Shown: piece after piece, positions 1 through 11,650 of the stretch
Position numbering within the stretch: position 1 is the first letter of the stretch
How the letters are laid out: each line of letters begins with the position of its first letter
Origin: Marsupella aquatica
Lineage: Eukaryota; Plantae; Marchantiophyta
DNA: 64,000 nucleotides
Assembly (NCBI GenBank): GCA_973895155.1
Contig: OZ316893.1
Span: 1,798,860-1,862,859 of the forward strand
Direction: 5' to 3'
Notes under the pieces: model-generated
Databases searched by the model: none
Told to the model about the DNA's origin: nothing
What the model saw: only the letters and a program-made list of their open reading frames with translations
Program-made: the position numbers and the translations under genes

Positions 1-210
1 TAGACGAGAGCTACCAAAGCAACCATTTGGAACTCCCACTGGCCGCCTCACTCTCCTCAACCTGCTGAGTGGGGGTTAGCCCTGCATCCAGTGTATTTTC
101 TTCCGATGATTCTAACCCAATATTTACCTTTGAAAGGTTTACATGTGCGTTGCACCCCTTTTTTAGAAGTCTACCTCACCTCGTCCACATTAGTGTTCCT
201 CTGCAGCAAC

Positions 211-603
211 ATGAATTGCAAGCGAGGTGTCCATGTCAAAATGGTTGAACTCAATGATGGGCGATACAATCTGAGCTGGCAAGAGCTCAATACACCAGAA
301 CATGCCCCTTTCATGAACTGCACCACTTTCTTAGTGGAAATCCAAGGAGACTTCCCTGCGGGCTTCCCTGAGTGGTTGACTGTAGTTAAATATTACCATG
401 TTACCCTCAACCATACAGTTCCCTTGTCGGACCTTTGGATCTGTGCCGCATATATTTATTGCAAGACTTTCAGGCGACAGAAGAGATTCCAAGTGTCTAT
501 ACACTTGGCTGGTGTTTGTGGATCAACAAATAGAGCCACCTTACCCCGACCTATCAAGGATGTCATACTTGCAACTTGGCCGGGTGAGGGTGAAGAGGAA
601 TAA
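211..603 (+). CDS. Small ORF of unknown family, copy 1 of a tandem paralog triplet (open)
   Basis: ATG at 211 follows CTGCAG (acceptor-like). Protein MNCKRG..GRYNLSWQE..YYHVTLNHTVPLSDLWICAAY..KRFQVSIHLAGVCG..LPRPIKDVILATWPGEGEEE*; motifs shared with the copies at 811 and 1300. Confidence 0.45.
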   Translation: MNCKRGVHVKMVELNDGRYNLSWQELNTPEHAPFMNCTTFLVEIQGDFPAGFPEWLTVVKYYHVTLNHTVPLSDLWICAAYIYCKTFRRQKRFQVSIHLAGVCGSTNRATLPRPIKDVILATWPGEGEEE

Positions 604-810
604 TAGTACAAAGTTGACACTAGACCTTATGTAAGCCATTTGCACCTGTTCGACACTACATAAGAATGAAGGGTGCATTATTTTTATATTATGATGCTAG
701 TACTATCATGAGGATCCTTGTTGCTTGCACTATGATCTAATATGTCCCATTTTATGGTTTTGTCATCAAATTGAACCATTTCATATCTCATGTAAGTTTT
801 CTCCGCATAT

Positions 811-1206
811 ATGGAAGGTAGAGATAGGGAAGTCATCACTTTACACGAGGGCAAGAATTACACCTATATTGTGTCTTGGATCGAATACCCAATGGACATC
901 AGTCGGCAACATCATTTTTCTATGGCTGCCATTGAATTGGATTTTGCTGAGTTTTGCAATGTTGTGCAGGATTGCCATGACCTCCTTAACCCCATTATAT
1001 GTGTTGAGGAATACATGCACATGAGTGCTTACAGTTGGTGTGCAAGAGAACCTCACCAGAAAAGGTCATTGGTTCATAGTTATGTGGCTCAAGCTTGTAA
1101 ATAGGATGCAAGAGGAAGTCTCCCATGCATGTTGGAAGAGGCTATATGGAACACTTGGCAATCAGAGGAAGAGACATTTTATGGGCTCACCCCTAGATGC
1201 TTATAG
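811..1206 (+). pseudogene. Paralog copy 2, with in-frame stop at 1102-1104
   Basis: MEGRDRE..YTYIVSWIE..DCHDLLNPIICVEEYMHMSAY..KRSLVHSYVAQACK*DARGSLPCMLEEAIWNTWQSEEETF..; homology to copy 1 continues past the TAG. Confidence 0.5.
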
Positions 1207-1299
1207 GTAGACCTCTTCCCAATGCACAACCTAATAGAGATGCACCTGCATTTTCAGTGATACTCATTTGTGGTCCTTGCATGTCTTTTGTTTTATAGA

Positions 1300-1688
1300 A
1301 TGGCCAACACTCCTTTGAGGAGCACTGCTACGTTGACGAGTACCGACCGTGACCTTGAGACATACCGCTTGACCTGGAGGGATGATTCTGGTTACAAGTC
1401 TGAGATCACGAGCTTGCTAGAGGTTGAGTTTGATTAACCTCTACTATTCAAGGCAATTGCAGAGTGTCACCACTTGTTGAACCCAGTTGTACCAATTGAG
1501 GATTTGCAGATGTGTAGTGCTTACAATTCACCAAAACAGTGAACAAAAAAAAAGATTTCAGGTACACTCATTTGGCTTGGGTGTGTGGGTTTGCTGAAAG
1601 AACCCAACTACCTACACCTGTGGAGGAAGCCATCAAGGAGGCTTGGCACGATGAGGATGAAGAGTTTGTAGGGTTCCATGCAAACTAA
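1300..1688 (+). pseudogene. Paralog copy 3, with stops and a frameshift
   Basis: MANTPLRS..TYRLTWRD..EVEFD*..ECHHLLNPVVPIEDLQMCSAY..KRFQV / HLAWVCGFAERTQLPTPVEEAIKEAWHDEDEEF..*; ATG preceded by TTTTATAG. Confidence 0.5.
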
Positions 1689-1718
1689 ATATGGGTCTAA
1701 GGTATCATAATGTGACCC

Positions 1719-2192
1719 TCACGGAATTTTTTGACTATCACTTTTATACCGGAACTCTATGTCTCTTCGCAAACTGCGAGTAGAATTGGCAAATGGCCTA
1801 AACTTTGTGGCGCGACAAACTTCTGCTACGGCTACACTGGATGGACACATGTGCTCAGCAGGTGTCTCATCTGCAAATGCCTCTTGCAAGATAGATGCTG
1901 CCTCCGCTGCTCGACACCTCCTCAAGCGCTCAATGCGCTCATGTGACATGTCAAATAGCCAGTGAATAATTGTGGCATGTGTCGTATCAGGGTCACCACC
2001 CAATAACAGCCTCAACTCCTCCCACTCATCCCACTGCTCAAGTGAAATTTGGATCGGAGGCTTGGCTCTGGTATCCTCTTCTTGTAATCTATGACATCAC
2101 TCAGACACTTTGGTCTTGCAGAACCACTATCCAAGGAGGACGGTTATGACGGGCAACAAGAAGGCCAGGTGGCTCATCCCCATGCTCACCCG
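1719..2192 (-). pseudogene. Degenerate ORF of unknown function, convergent on the triplet
   Basis: The 98-aa minus ORF 1719-2015 extends upstream in frame (QEEDTRAKPPIQISLEQWDEWEELRLLLGGDPD..). An ATG near 2192 follows an acceptor-like TTTTTAG but needs a frameshift. No recognised domain. Confidence 0.25.
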
Positions 2193-2640
2193 TTGTACTC
2201 ATGGTCTAACTACCTAAAAAGAAACAAAAAGTAAACTGAAGACCAATGCCAAGCCCCTCCGGACACTAAAGAAACAATACGCGTAAAAAAGTCAAAAAAT
2301 GGTCCCAAATCAATCCTTTGTGGAAGCAAGTAGTTTGCACATTGAAGCTAATGATCTTGGAACTGCTCATTTTTGGGCTTTTTATCCCCTCTACCATAAG
2401 GCCCTCTAACCTCCCATTGGGGCAGCTCTCAATGATTCATTATTCACGACCAAACTATGGTGTCTAAAGGGTATTTTTCCATCGTAGGGATGGATGATCA
2501 GAGGGCCCAAAAAAGGTACCATGGCCAGTTGTGGTCAATAAGTAACGGATTACTGGAGGGCTCCAATTGGGTATCATGGCAAGTGGTGGTCATATAATAA
2601 ATCACGACCATGTTATGGAATGGAGCTTCCCCCCAGAAAA

Positions 2641-2714
2641 GAGTCAAAGTCAAGCCTTGAACTTATGACCTCTCCTTCCCAGCCAGGAATGCAAACCAAT
2701 GACACAACTGGTCC
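2641..2714 (-). other. Degenerate tRNA-like sequence (tRNA pseudogene or SINE head)
   Basis: Minus strand GGACCAGTTGTGTCATTGGTTTGCATTCCTGGCTGGGAAGGAGAGGTCATAAGTTCAAGGCTTG has an A-box-like segment, a TCCT/AGGA anticodon-like stem, a GAGGTC variable loop and a GTTCAA B-box-like motif; the acceptor stem does not pair. Confidence 0.35.
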
Positions 2715-3459
2715 ATTTACCCTACCTTAGAAGCCATAGTATACTTATACAGGAGTTCAAAGTGGGTCCTCATCGATTCCTGCCCGGAACGCTGCCAAAG
2801 TATTTCAAAATAAAAAAAAATCCTCGGGCCAATCAGATTCCAGGGAAATTAAATTGGAAATTTTGGGACCAATCAGGGACCAAAAACTTCCAGGATTTTT
2901 CCCAACCGTATATCTCTTTGAGATCTTTCTACTGATACCAAGATCTCATCAAACTGAGGGAAAATGGAATCAGGGCGATCAGAAATCTGGTGGCCCGAAA
3001 GAGGCACCCCACCCGAAACAGGCTGCGAATTGTAAATTACATCATTGAATGCTGGTTCCGGGTAACCCGGAGTGCATTTGTACCCGTATCTGTAGTTTAA
3101 AGCCTCGCATTAGGCAGACATTGTGGGGGACCCGAGGGCAAAGGCTGGAAACTTTCCGGCACTTGCAGGTTTCCTCAACTCCACAGATGGCACTACATTA
3201 TTAACTGAGAATTTTATGGAGGAACCTCCTCATCAGGCCGCGCTTATGGCATACAAAGTGCATAACCAAGGACAAGGGCCTTGTCCTTTAAAATGACAAA
3301 GAAAACAAGAAAAATAGTGACAAGAAAAGTACCTACCTCATACCTAGTAGGACAAGAGAATCTAGATGGCTGCAATTTAGGAAGTGCAAAGGGAAGATTT
3401 TTTGAGGACCTCAAACACTCAAGATTTCCCTTAGGGTCTCTGCAAACATTTATTTGTCT

Positions 3460-3840
3460 TTGTGACCTTCCTATGTAGCTGCCAACAGTTGGCAATGCCC
3501 TCTCCTCTCTTGATCTGTCCTGTGGGGACTGGTCCGTCCCATATCTGACCCATCAAAGTGGGACCTTCTGTCCCAAGCTCAAACCAAGGTACAATATTCT
3601 GGGGCAAGGGTTGTTGATTTGGGGGAGTCTAGAAAACTTGCTCTTTGTGACCTTCCTAGCCACTTAAAGTGGGCCCTGCCCGTCCTGGCTGGTCCATCCT
3701 GTACCTAACCCATCGAAGTGGGCCCATCTGTCCAAAGTCCAACCAAGATACACTACTCTTTGGAGGGCCAAGGAGTTAATTATAGGGTCTCTCAACAATT
3801 TTCTCTTTGTGACCTTGCTAAGGAGCTGCCAACAGTGGGT
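3460..3840. repeat. Degenerate tandem repeat, about 165-185 bp unit
   Basis: TTGTGACCTT(C/G)CTA occurs three times; the block GGCTGGTCC..ACCCATC.AAGTGGG.CC.TCTGTCC.AAG..CAACCAAG.TACA occurs twice. Confidence 0.6.
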
Positions 3841-4663
3841 CTCAGATCATAACTTTTTCATAAGAATATGTAAAGGTTTTTTTGGTTCTTGGTTTTTTCC
3901 TTCACCAGCCTCTACAGTGAATAATGTTAATGGCATACTACCATTCCTTATGGAAATGTTAATGACATACTACCAGTCCTTATGGCAAAGCGTTATGGAT
4001 GTGTTTTAACCCCAGGGGGTTGAGGCCCGTCAAATAGTCAGCTTTGAGGCGCCCTATTGTATATAGCAGCAATGCCCTATGCCCTTGTTAGAGAGGGTTG
4101 TGGGCCATTAAACCCCAAAAAACCAGGGCTAAAGTTTTGAGGGGCTATTGCCCATAATGCCCTTGTGATGACAGGAAGGTGAAGCAAGTCACTAAAGATG
4201 GGTTCGTGTCCATTGGACTTCCATCCCCAACCTACAGGTGAATGGCAGCCCTCTGCATACTGCCCTAACCACTTTCAGCCAAAACGGACACCAAGAGGAG
4301 CATGCAACATTCATCTCTTCGATATTGGTGTTGCTCTGTGGCAAGACACATCTGATCTTGAAAAAGAGGGACCTAAATTTTGCAGGTACATTAAGGATGG
4401 CTTAAAACCACATTCACAAGCATGTCCTGCTCTTAAACCTCCACTGTCCATATAAAAGGAGAAGTGTCCAATAATTCTCACTTTTTCACATTTCTCTCCT
4501 CTACTCGGGTGAGACTTTGCTCCATAATTTCAGGAAAAAAGTTCTAAAAATGACTAAACCTGGTGGATCCAGGGTTTGTCATGGACAGTGGCGGAGAATG
4601 GCCAGGCCCAAAAAGAATTTCTTCGCAATAACCTGGTTTACATCATATTTCCTGAAAAACTTG

Positions 4664-7600
4664 CTAAATCAAGCATTCACTAGACATGGATGTCATACAA
4701 CGGAGCCTCTCTTCTCGTAGCCGCTCCATTTCTCGAACTTTCTGCCATCGCCGCAAACTCAAAGTGCTTTCTCCGTGACTCAAAGAGAGTAGTCTTGCCA
4801 GACTCAGCCACCTGCAAAATCATCTTGCCCATCCCAGAATTTTTAGAGGAGAATTAAAAGCAAGAGAAGTTTTCGAATAGGATCAGTTTCAAAACCAACA
4901 CGCCAAGATACTAAGGACTTTTTTCTTTCACCAACATTTCAATACAAAGAAAAAAACACCTGTGAAACACTTCTGGAGTCAGAGACGGATCCTTTTGGCG
5001 TGCCTCAACAATTTCGTCTTCAACCAACTGCAAAGCAAAACACAACGAGAATTTATAATTAAGTAGTCAACCACAACAGAATCTTTCTGACAAAACGGAA
5101 AAGGAACTCTCCGACTGATAATATTCATTCATTTGGGGAACTGGTTTCCAGTACGTGGCATTCCCCTTGTTCTAATAAGCTCGAGAATCTGAAGGAAAAG
5201 GAAATTCCTACCTTTTGCATTGAAGCGTCCAGTGAATAATCCTTATTTCTTACGGAACTCAAAAACAGTCTCCATCTTGCAACCTCTGAATCCTCCACCA
5301 AAAATGAGTAGTGGTTGGCTTTAGCACGGATGGGAGCAACGATATCAGCTGGTAGGAGTCTGGACTTTGCGTTAGATATAATGAGAACAGGAATGTCCGT
5401 AGGCATGTCCAATTTGTAATACTGAAAATCATACTCAACCTGTCACAGGAACGACCACTGTTGTCAGTTACTTTTATTGCTGACCACACTCTCGCTTCTG
5501 CGGATCTGCCGATTGACATCCTAATTACATGGTTTCAAAATCAAAATGCTAGATTGTCAGAAAAATACAGCAACCCTTGGAATAAAAAGTGAGCTAACCT
5601 TTTGCCACTCCATCAAGTACTTTAAACTTTGAATGTTTTGAATTCCAACAGAAGTGAGCTGTCCAGTAGTCATAGCCGTCTCATCGAGAGTTAGGTAAGT
5701 ACCCTCTGCCAGCTGCAAGGATCCAGTTACCAACCTGCATTACCACAGACTCATCTCAGAAACCAGGTCACCTCAACTACAAAACATACAGAGGGCAATG
5801 CCTCATTAGTAACTTACGGGGAAGGCTCATTTCCAATAACACCTGAAAGGCAACGTACAGAGGTAACCGACGCATTCTGAAATTGTACGTCACAATGCTT
5901 GTCTTGTTTTGAGATATTTGATCAAGCATCTGCACTACGTTACAAAACCACCACCTTTCGGAGTATGAAAGTACTTCCGAATTTTTTTAGTTGAAGTCCT
6001 ATTTTCATCAGATTGCACGGAAAAGGTGGCAGACGTGACCTGTTTTTGACGTAGTCTTTTCGAGGAGCTATCAAGCTCTTATTCAAGTTATGGAGAGAAA
6101 GAGGCATCAAGTGGGAGCACGGAAGTAGAGATTGAACTGCCTCTGCTATCGCACTGCCCAACGGGACAGATGACTCGGGAGGTTTTGTGAATCCTGTGAC
6201 AATGTTCAGAGACATCTTTCCTAGCGCCAACGTATCTAACCGATGATGCACCTGCAGCAGAATCATCCGATCAATTTATGCGACCGTCATCATTTAATCA
6301 CATGACATGGACACAGATCAATCGAAAATTCAAGTACCTGAGATAGCAGGTGCAGGAGTAGATACTCTGCAGTGAGGTGGTCTCCACCCAAAACGTTCGT
6401 CAAACCATTGAGGATGGAATCTCTCATTTGGCTTGATCTTTCTGGTCCTTCCTATTCAAATACAAAGACGAACGGATTACTATCCAACCATGTTTCGAAA
6501 ATATGACATTATATCCGCCAGCTTCACATTTCTTGACTGCTATATGTTTTCCACAATAGAGACACAGACGCAACTTTTAGGTCGCATTGAAAGCACTTGA
6601 AAGTAAAGTGCACCCTGCTACCCTAGGAGGAAAACAGTCATATTCACATCAATGGGTCCGATAGGACTATAATGATAACCAAATTCCGAAATGCTCGACA
6701 CTCAGAAAATAAATAAAGCACATCGAAACAACCAAAAGGCATCAAATAAAGAAAGGCATCAAATAAAAAATGAGACTTTACAACGGAGAAGCTCAAATGA
6801 AAATGATTTATTCCAAATCCTTAAACGAAAGACTTCCAGGATACAGCACAGAGTTACGCAAGATGATGAGAACCAAGCAGGGCCAAATATCTACCCACCA
6901 TTAGACTAGTGTCCATCTCATCTGTTCTCGGAAACGCCTCGTGTATCTTGTGGGAGGAGATTTTCCTGTACGTTATAGAATGCAGTCGAGGCACCTGCCA
7001 ACCAATAAATTTCACCATTCAAACTTCTCCATATTATTTTGCCGACGACCGAGAGACTAGCAGTATTGGAATATGGCTTTCAACAGCTCTTTTAAAGACT
7101 AGTTTGTCACTGGTTACATACCCGACTTGCGGGAAGCTTGGAACATACGTCCTCGTCCATGAATGGGTTGAAATGCGAGTCTTCGGCTGAAGAGCGACAG
7201 AAGCTACTGGCCGACAGCTCTGGGTCAAAGGCCAGGACTCCTGTGAACTCAATAACGTCATTCAGCTTAATATCTGCGTCGGCACCATCATAGACCTGCA
7301 AATCACCTTCTGAGATCAGGAGGCTGTTGCAGGTCAAACAAATTGATCAATAGCTCATGGTACTCTGCGTTTATTCCAGACTTCCAAGTGTAACTGCAGC
7401 AACTCTTCTACGAGAGAAATTGCAAAAGTCGTTCTATAGAATGGAGACATTAGGACACCTCGTATAGAATGAGACGTAAGGTCTCTCCTTGTGTTATAGA
7501 TGACGACGCAATGTCTAGCTGTAATTATGGAACTCATTGAGCAAATTCGCAGGCAACACCCACGAGGATGGCAGAGAAGAACAGACCTTGACAATACAGG

Positions 7601-10049
7601 GTACTAGTGTGGACTTTCCAAGTGGCATGTTCAATTCCAAGTTCTGACAGTCATTTTCCACTGGATTGATGCTTGCTTTTTCTTCTTTCTGCACAAACGA
7701 TTTTCAGTCTGAAGCCCCAGTTCGGAATCAATTGTTTTTCCAATTGAAACCTTAACGACTGCTTCGAGTCTAAAGGCAATTCCAGCAAACGAATGAATGA
7801 ATTCAATATCCATTGAGGCCGAATTGGACCATGGGATCGACAGTGTAAAGTGAAATTAGAATCGAATACGGAATCTCAAAGTAGGAAACGTACCAGTCGT
7901 TTAGGATCCACTGACGCCTCATTCGGTTGAAAGTCCATCTCAACAACCTGAGACACACGATAACACCTGTGAGAGGACAGAACAAGTGGAAAATTCTAGG
8001 AAGGGAGTTCGATGTTCGCGAGGATACTATCCGATAAAAACTAACCGTGACGGAATCTAATATGGAGGAAGTTAAGCGGCAAATGGTTTCAGACAAAGTT
8101 CCCCCAGCAGCGATATTGTCGAGCTGCGATTGAGAAATTTTAGCTCGGCTAACAAGAAATGTTTCAGCATACGTTATTGTCGTCACTTTCACGGGGCCTC
8201 TTTTCAGAATGATTAGTGATCGGAGCAACAGCACCGTTGTGGCATCCAGCCAGTCGCAGTGACGAGGAAGTGAAAGCTTTTTTCACCCAGTCGCTCTCTC
8301 CTGGAACCTGCAAACCATGACAAGCTAACAGTGAAACCCCATTCAGGGAGAAACAGATTTGCGAAGCAGCAGTTCGATTGACGGAAGTTAATGTCTAAGT
8401 CTTTAATGGAAGTAGGGCTGCTTTCAATTCATTCACTCTTGGAAGTAGAGCCCTTGATGAAGTCAACTCTTGGCGAACTGTTCTGCTCGCCAAAATTATT
8501 TACGGGAGGTGATCAAGTAAGCAAGGCATGGATTCCCAGGAGCACACCGGAACACAATAAAGCAGACGCCGATCCCACACTTGAGTTTCAGCATTATCTC
8601 TCAGAGGCAAGTCCGAGGCATCAGAAAACTTCGTAGTGCGCCAAACAGCACCATCCTGTACCGCATGAACCAAAAACTGCGATGTGAGCCCAGGGGGAGG
8701 GAGATCCATAGCCGAGGATGTGGTCTGAATCTTTTGGTACTCAAGCATGGATGTATCGCATTGAACAAAAAGCACCAAGGACAAGAAATTCCTGGTTGGC
8801 AACAGAGGCACAGAGAGCAAGCTATAACAACTGGTAAGTAGAAAACGTTGGACAGAGGACAGGAGCCGAAAAAAATAACATCCCTAGGTAAGCCTACCTT
8901 ATAGGCACCAAGGTAATATTCCACATCAAACATGTCCTGCACCTGCGAAACACGAATTCGAGCAGAATCACAAGAGAATCATCTTATCAATCCATACCAA
9001 CATAGTGGAATTGGAATGTATTGCAGGTACTTGTAGATCATGTCTAGATCAAAGACCTTCACGGCCACACCCCAATTGCCCTCCTGGCGCAATGCTGTTC
9101 TTGAACCAAATCGGCCCTCAATCACAACGATTCATTATCGTCCATCCCATCGTAGGGACACGAATTTTTCAGAGCTACATACCATTCCTCTGAAACGGAC
9201 GAGAGTGTTGGCAGGAATTGCGCTCAGTGGGACAGAGTTGATTTCGGGGACCTGGAGCCAACAATAACAAAACAACACCATCAGCAGCGGAAATGTAATA
9301 AACAATACCGGGAGGTCAGTGTAGAGCTACACAACCACTTCCGCAAAAGCTTTGTATCCACGGATACACAAACGAATACACAATGCGAATTAGACCTCAG
9401 AAAGAGTTCAGTACAATAGCTACACAACCAACTCCGCAAAAGCTTTGTACCCAGGCATTGTGAACGATAAGAAATTGCAAAGCGAACGATAAGAAAATGA
9501 CTTCGGAACGAATTCAGTTCAGACGCTACACCCCCAATTCCGCAAAAGCTTCTTAACCATTCACAAACCAAAATGCGAAGTTAAAGATTTGAAAATAGAC
9601 ACAGAAGCGGACAGAGATAACTGCATTGTGACATATATCGTTTGAAATCGCGAACTAAAGTACTCTGGATTTCTTCTTCCTTATAGTATACAAGCATATC
9701 CAACGCTGCTTGGGATTTGGAGATGACAATGCCGCACAGAAAAAAAACATGCTCTCGTCCTCTACTACGATCGAAGCATCCCCGGCAAAGAAAGACACAA
9801 GAAGAGAGTGGCAAAGACCTGTTCGAAGCCTCCCTGCTGATGGAGGTAGGTGTCAAAGAGCTCCTTCGCACCCCAATCAGACCGAATTGAAAGCTCAACT
9901 GAGCCCTCCGACTGGGAGGCAGCCGCAGATGCCTTTTCGAACAGAGTGCGTACTGCCCCTAGAGGATTGTTCAGATAGTCCATTGCAGGATGCTGTGCTG
10001 CTGCTGCTGTTGTGGGATCTCCTGCGAGTGTAGTCGGCCGAGAGACCAT
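4664..10049 (-). CDS. MCMBP: Mini-chromosome maintenance complex-binding protein (MCM-BP; plant ETG1), 15 exons
   Basis: Approximate exons 10049-9819, 9251-9183, 8942-8898, 8656-8549, 8307-8173, 7947-7891, 7688-7587, 7295-7122, 6992-6892, 6450-6339, 6252-6039, 5734-5599, 5439-5212, 5027-4960, 4811-4664, with GT-AG introns. Family motifs: DYLNNPLGAVR, TLVRFRGMVQDMF, DRRLLYCVPVPGE, KLNDVIEFTGVL, VPRLH, LGGDHLTAEYLLLHLLS, PRKDY..NRLVTGSLQL, DET, VEYDFQYY, WLSLARL..SHGE. The start could instead be the MDYL ATG near 9983. Confidence 0.93.
9326..9552. repeat. Three short direct repeats in MCMBP intron 1
   Basis: GCTACAC(AACCA/CCCCA)..TCCGCAAAAGCTT at about 9326, 9418 and 9525. Confidence 0.7.
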
Positions 10050-10459
10050 GCTCTTCATTTCCAATGCAAGTGCAATAAACAGAGTGAAATCCCTCACAGA
10101 GACCGCAAAAAGCACCCAAAAGCTCGAGACACCAAATCGTCGGAAAAACTCCCGCCAAATCTTCAGGAGAAGCTCTGTGCACTTATAGATGCTTGTATCT
10201 CTATAAGTGCACACTAGATAATTATGAACCATGGATAACTGCAACGAGTGGTCGCGTTCGTCCAATTTTTTTCGAGGAGTTTGCACTTTTGTAAAGTGCA
10301 AACAGGGCCAGAAAACTGTAGCTGGGTAACGACTGTCTAACTGCAAATGATCGATGATTGTGTAGGAACACTTATCGGTAAGCGCACAATTGCATCACTT
10401 GCACTTACTGATAATGCATGGCATTTTTCTGTAGACTAAAACTTCCACCTATGGGGTAG

Positions 10460-11276
10460 GGGATCACATTTAGGGCAGGGATGTACAATTTAGGTGTATA
10501 TATCAGAGTGCCCAAGGGCAAATAAAGCCAACTGGGAGACAAGATCCCAAAGGCAAAACAACGCAATGAAAGGGAGGAAAAGAGGGAAAAGGGCCCCAAG
10601 AAAAAACAAGCCAAGGGGTCCTTAACCCAAAAGCCGACTAAAATGTAACCTATAAAGGAGTCGTGAAGGCTAACACCCTACTGAGCAGAGAACTGAAAAG
10701 CTTGGTAGAGCTCCAAAATAAACTGCAAAGGTGGGTGTCAGAAGCAAAACCTGACAGGAGGCCCTTAAACCAACTGCCTCAGCCCTACTAAGAAGGGTGA
10801 AAGCCTGGGCCCGTTGAAGAACCACAAACACCCACTGCTGAAAAAAGGCGGTGAGTATCGAAACAGGGGGGAAAGGCCTCCTCTCAATACAATAAACAAC
10901 ATAGCCCTACAGCAACTAGTCGAAGGTAGGGTGGAGAGCACCAAAAACCTCAATGGCAAAGGGGTAGAAAACATCCTCTGGGTAGTAAACTACATAGGCC
11001 TTGAGCTGGGCTACCTTGGCAGCTGCATGGCCAGGCACATGGACAACAACCGCGACATGGCTCCCCCCGGTAGGGTCGGCAACAACCACATCCCCAAGAG
11101 CACGAACCCCAACCTTAGAAAAGACCAGATCCACCCGTCGCCGGTTAGGAGGACATGCCTTTGCTCCATGGCAACATGGTACCCAGAGTCCCTGGCAATG
11201 GCAACCACCACTTCCCGAATATCATCATGGGTGGCAATACTACTCTCGCTCTCATGGCCACACCTGAGAATATGAA
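10460..11276 (-). mobile_element. 5'-truncated, degenerate CRE-like non-LTR retrotransposon (zinc-knuckle remnant plus restriction-like endonuclease C-terminus)
   Basis: Minus frames read HILRCGHESESSIATHDDIREVVVAIARDSGYHVAMEQRHVL / RVDLVFSKVGVRALGDVVVADPT..AAAKVAQLKAY..PEDVFYPFAIEVFGALH..FQQWVFVVLQRAQA. This matches the H..C/HD/E/D..D/K..Y/P..E..G/LQR architecture of RLE (CRE-clade) elements. One frameshift plus stops; the 3' boundary is approximate. Confidence 0.8.
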
Positions 11277-11299
11277 CTTTCAACGAATTAAAATCTATC

Positions 11300-11650
11300 T
11301 AAGGTCTGGATCACTCATTGGCTCCATCAAGTACACTTTTCATTTTAGAGGTTCATCAAGTTAATGTCTCCCTTCTTGCAAAGTGCCCTCAACATTGGAG
11401 AGATATATGTGATGCACCCCCTAAATGAAAAGTGTTGCTTGATAAATCTCATGAGTGATCCAAAACCCTTGACAGACCTCAATCACAGTGTCTTAAACCT
11501 CATGGGGCCTTAATATGGGGTCCATTTAGTACTATGTCCCAAATTAGGGGTCTATCAAGTACACCTCTCTAAGAGTGGAGAGAGATATTTGATGGAACCC
11601 CAAAATGAAGAAGGTTAATCAATGGATCTCAAGATAGATCCAGACCGTTG
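11300..11650. repeat. Imperfect inverted repeat plus a third copy (foldback/MITE-like remnant)
   Basis: GGATCACTCAT..ATCAAGTACACTTTTCATTTTAGAGGTTCATCA (about 11308-11358) is inverted relative to TGATGCACCCCCTAAATGAAAAGTGTTGCTTGAT..ATGAGTGATCC (about 11410-11461); a diverged direct copy lies at about 11590-11645. Confidence 0.6.

Noticed and set aside
3205-3240. Minus-strand CTGATGA-GGAG-GTTC-CTCC hammerhead-like core
   Set aside because: Followed by ATAA rather than GAAA, single copy, and no convincing stems I/III.
3268-3288. Perfect hairpin AAGGACAAGG-G-CCTTGTCCTT as a Helitron end or terminator
   Set aside because: No CTRR terminus at the expected spacing; intrinsic terminators are not relevant in a plant nuclear context.
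10814-11275. 153-aa plus-strand ORF
   Set aside because: Antisense shadow of the RLE retrotransposon fragment.
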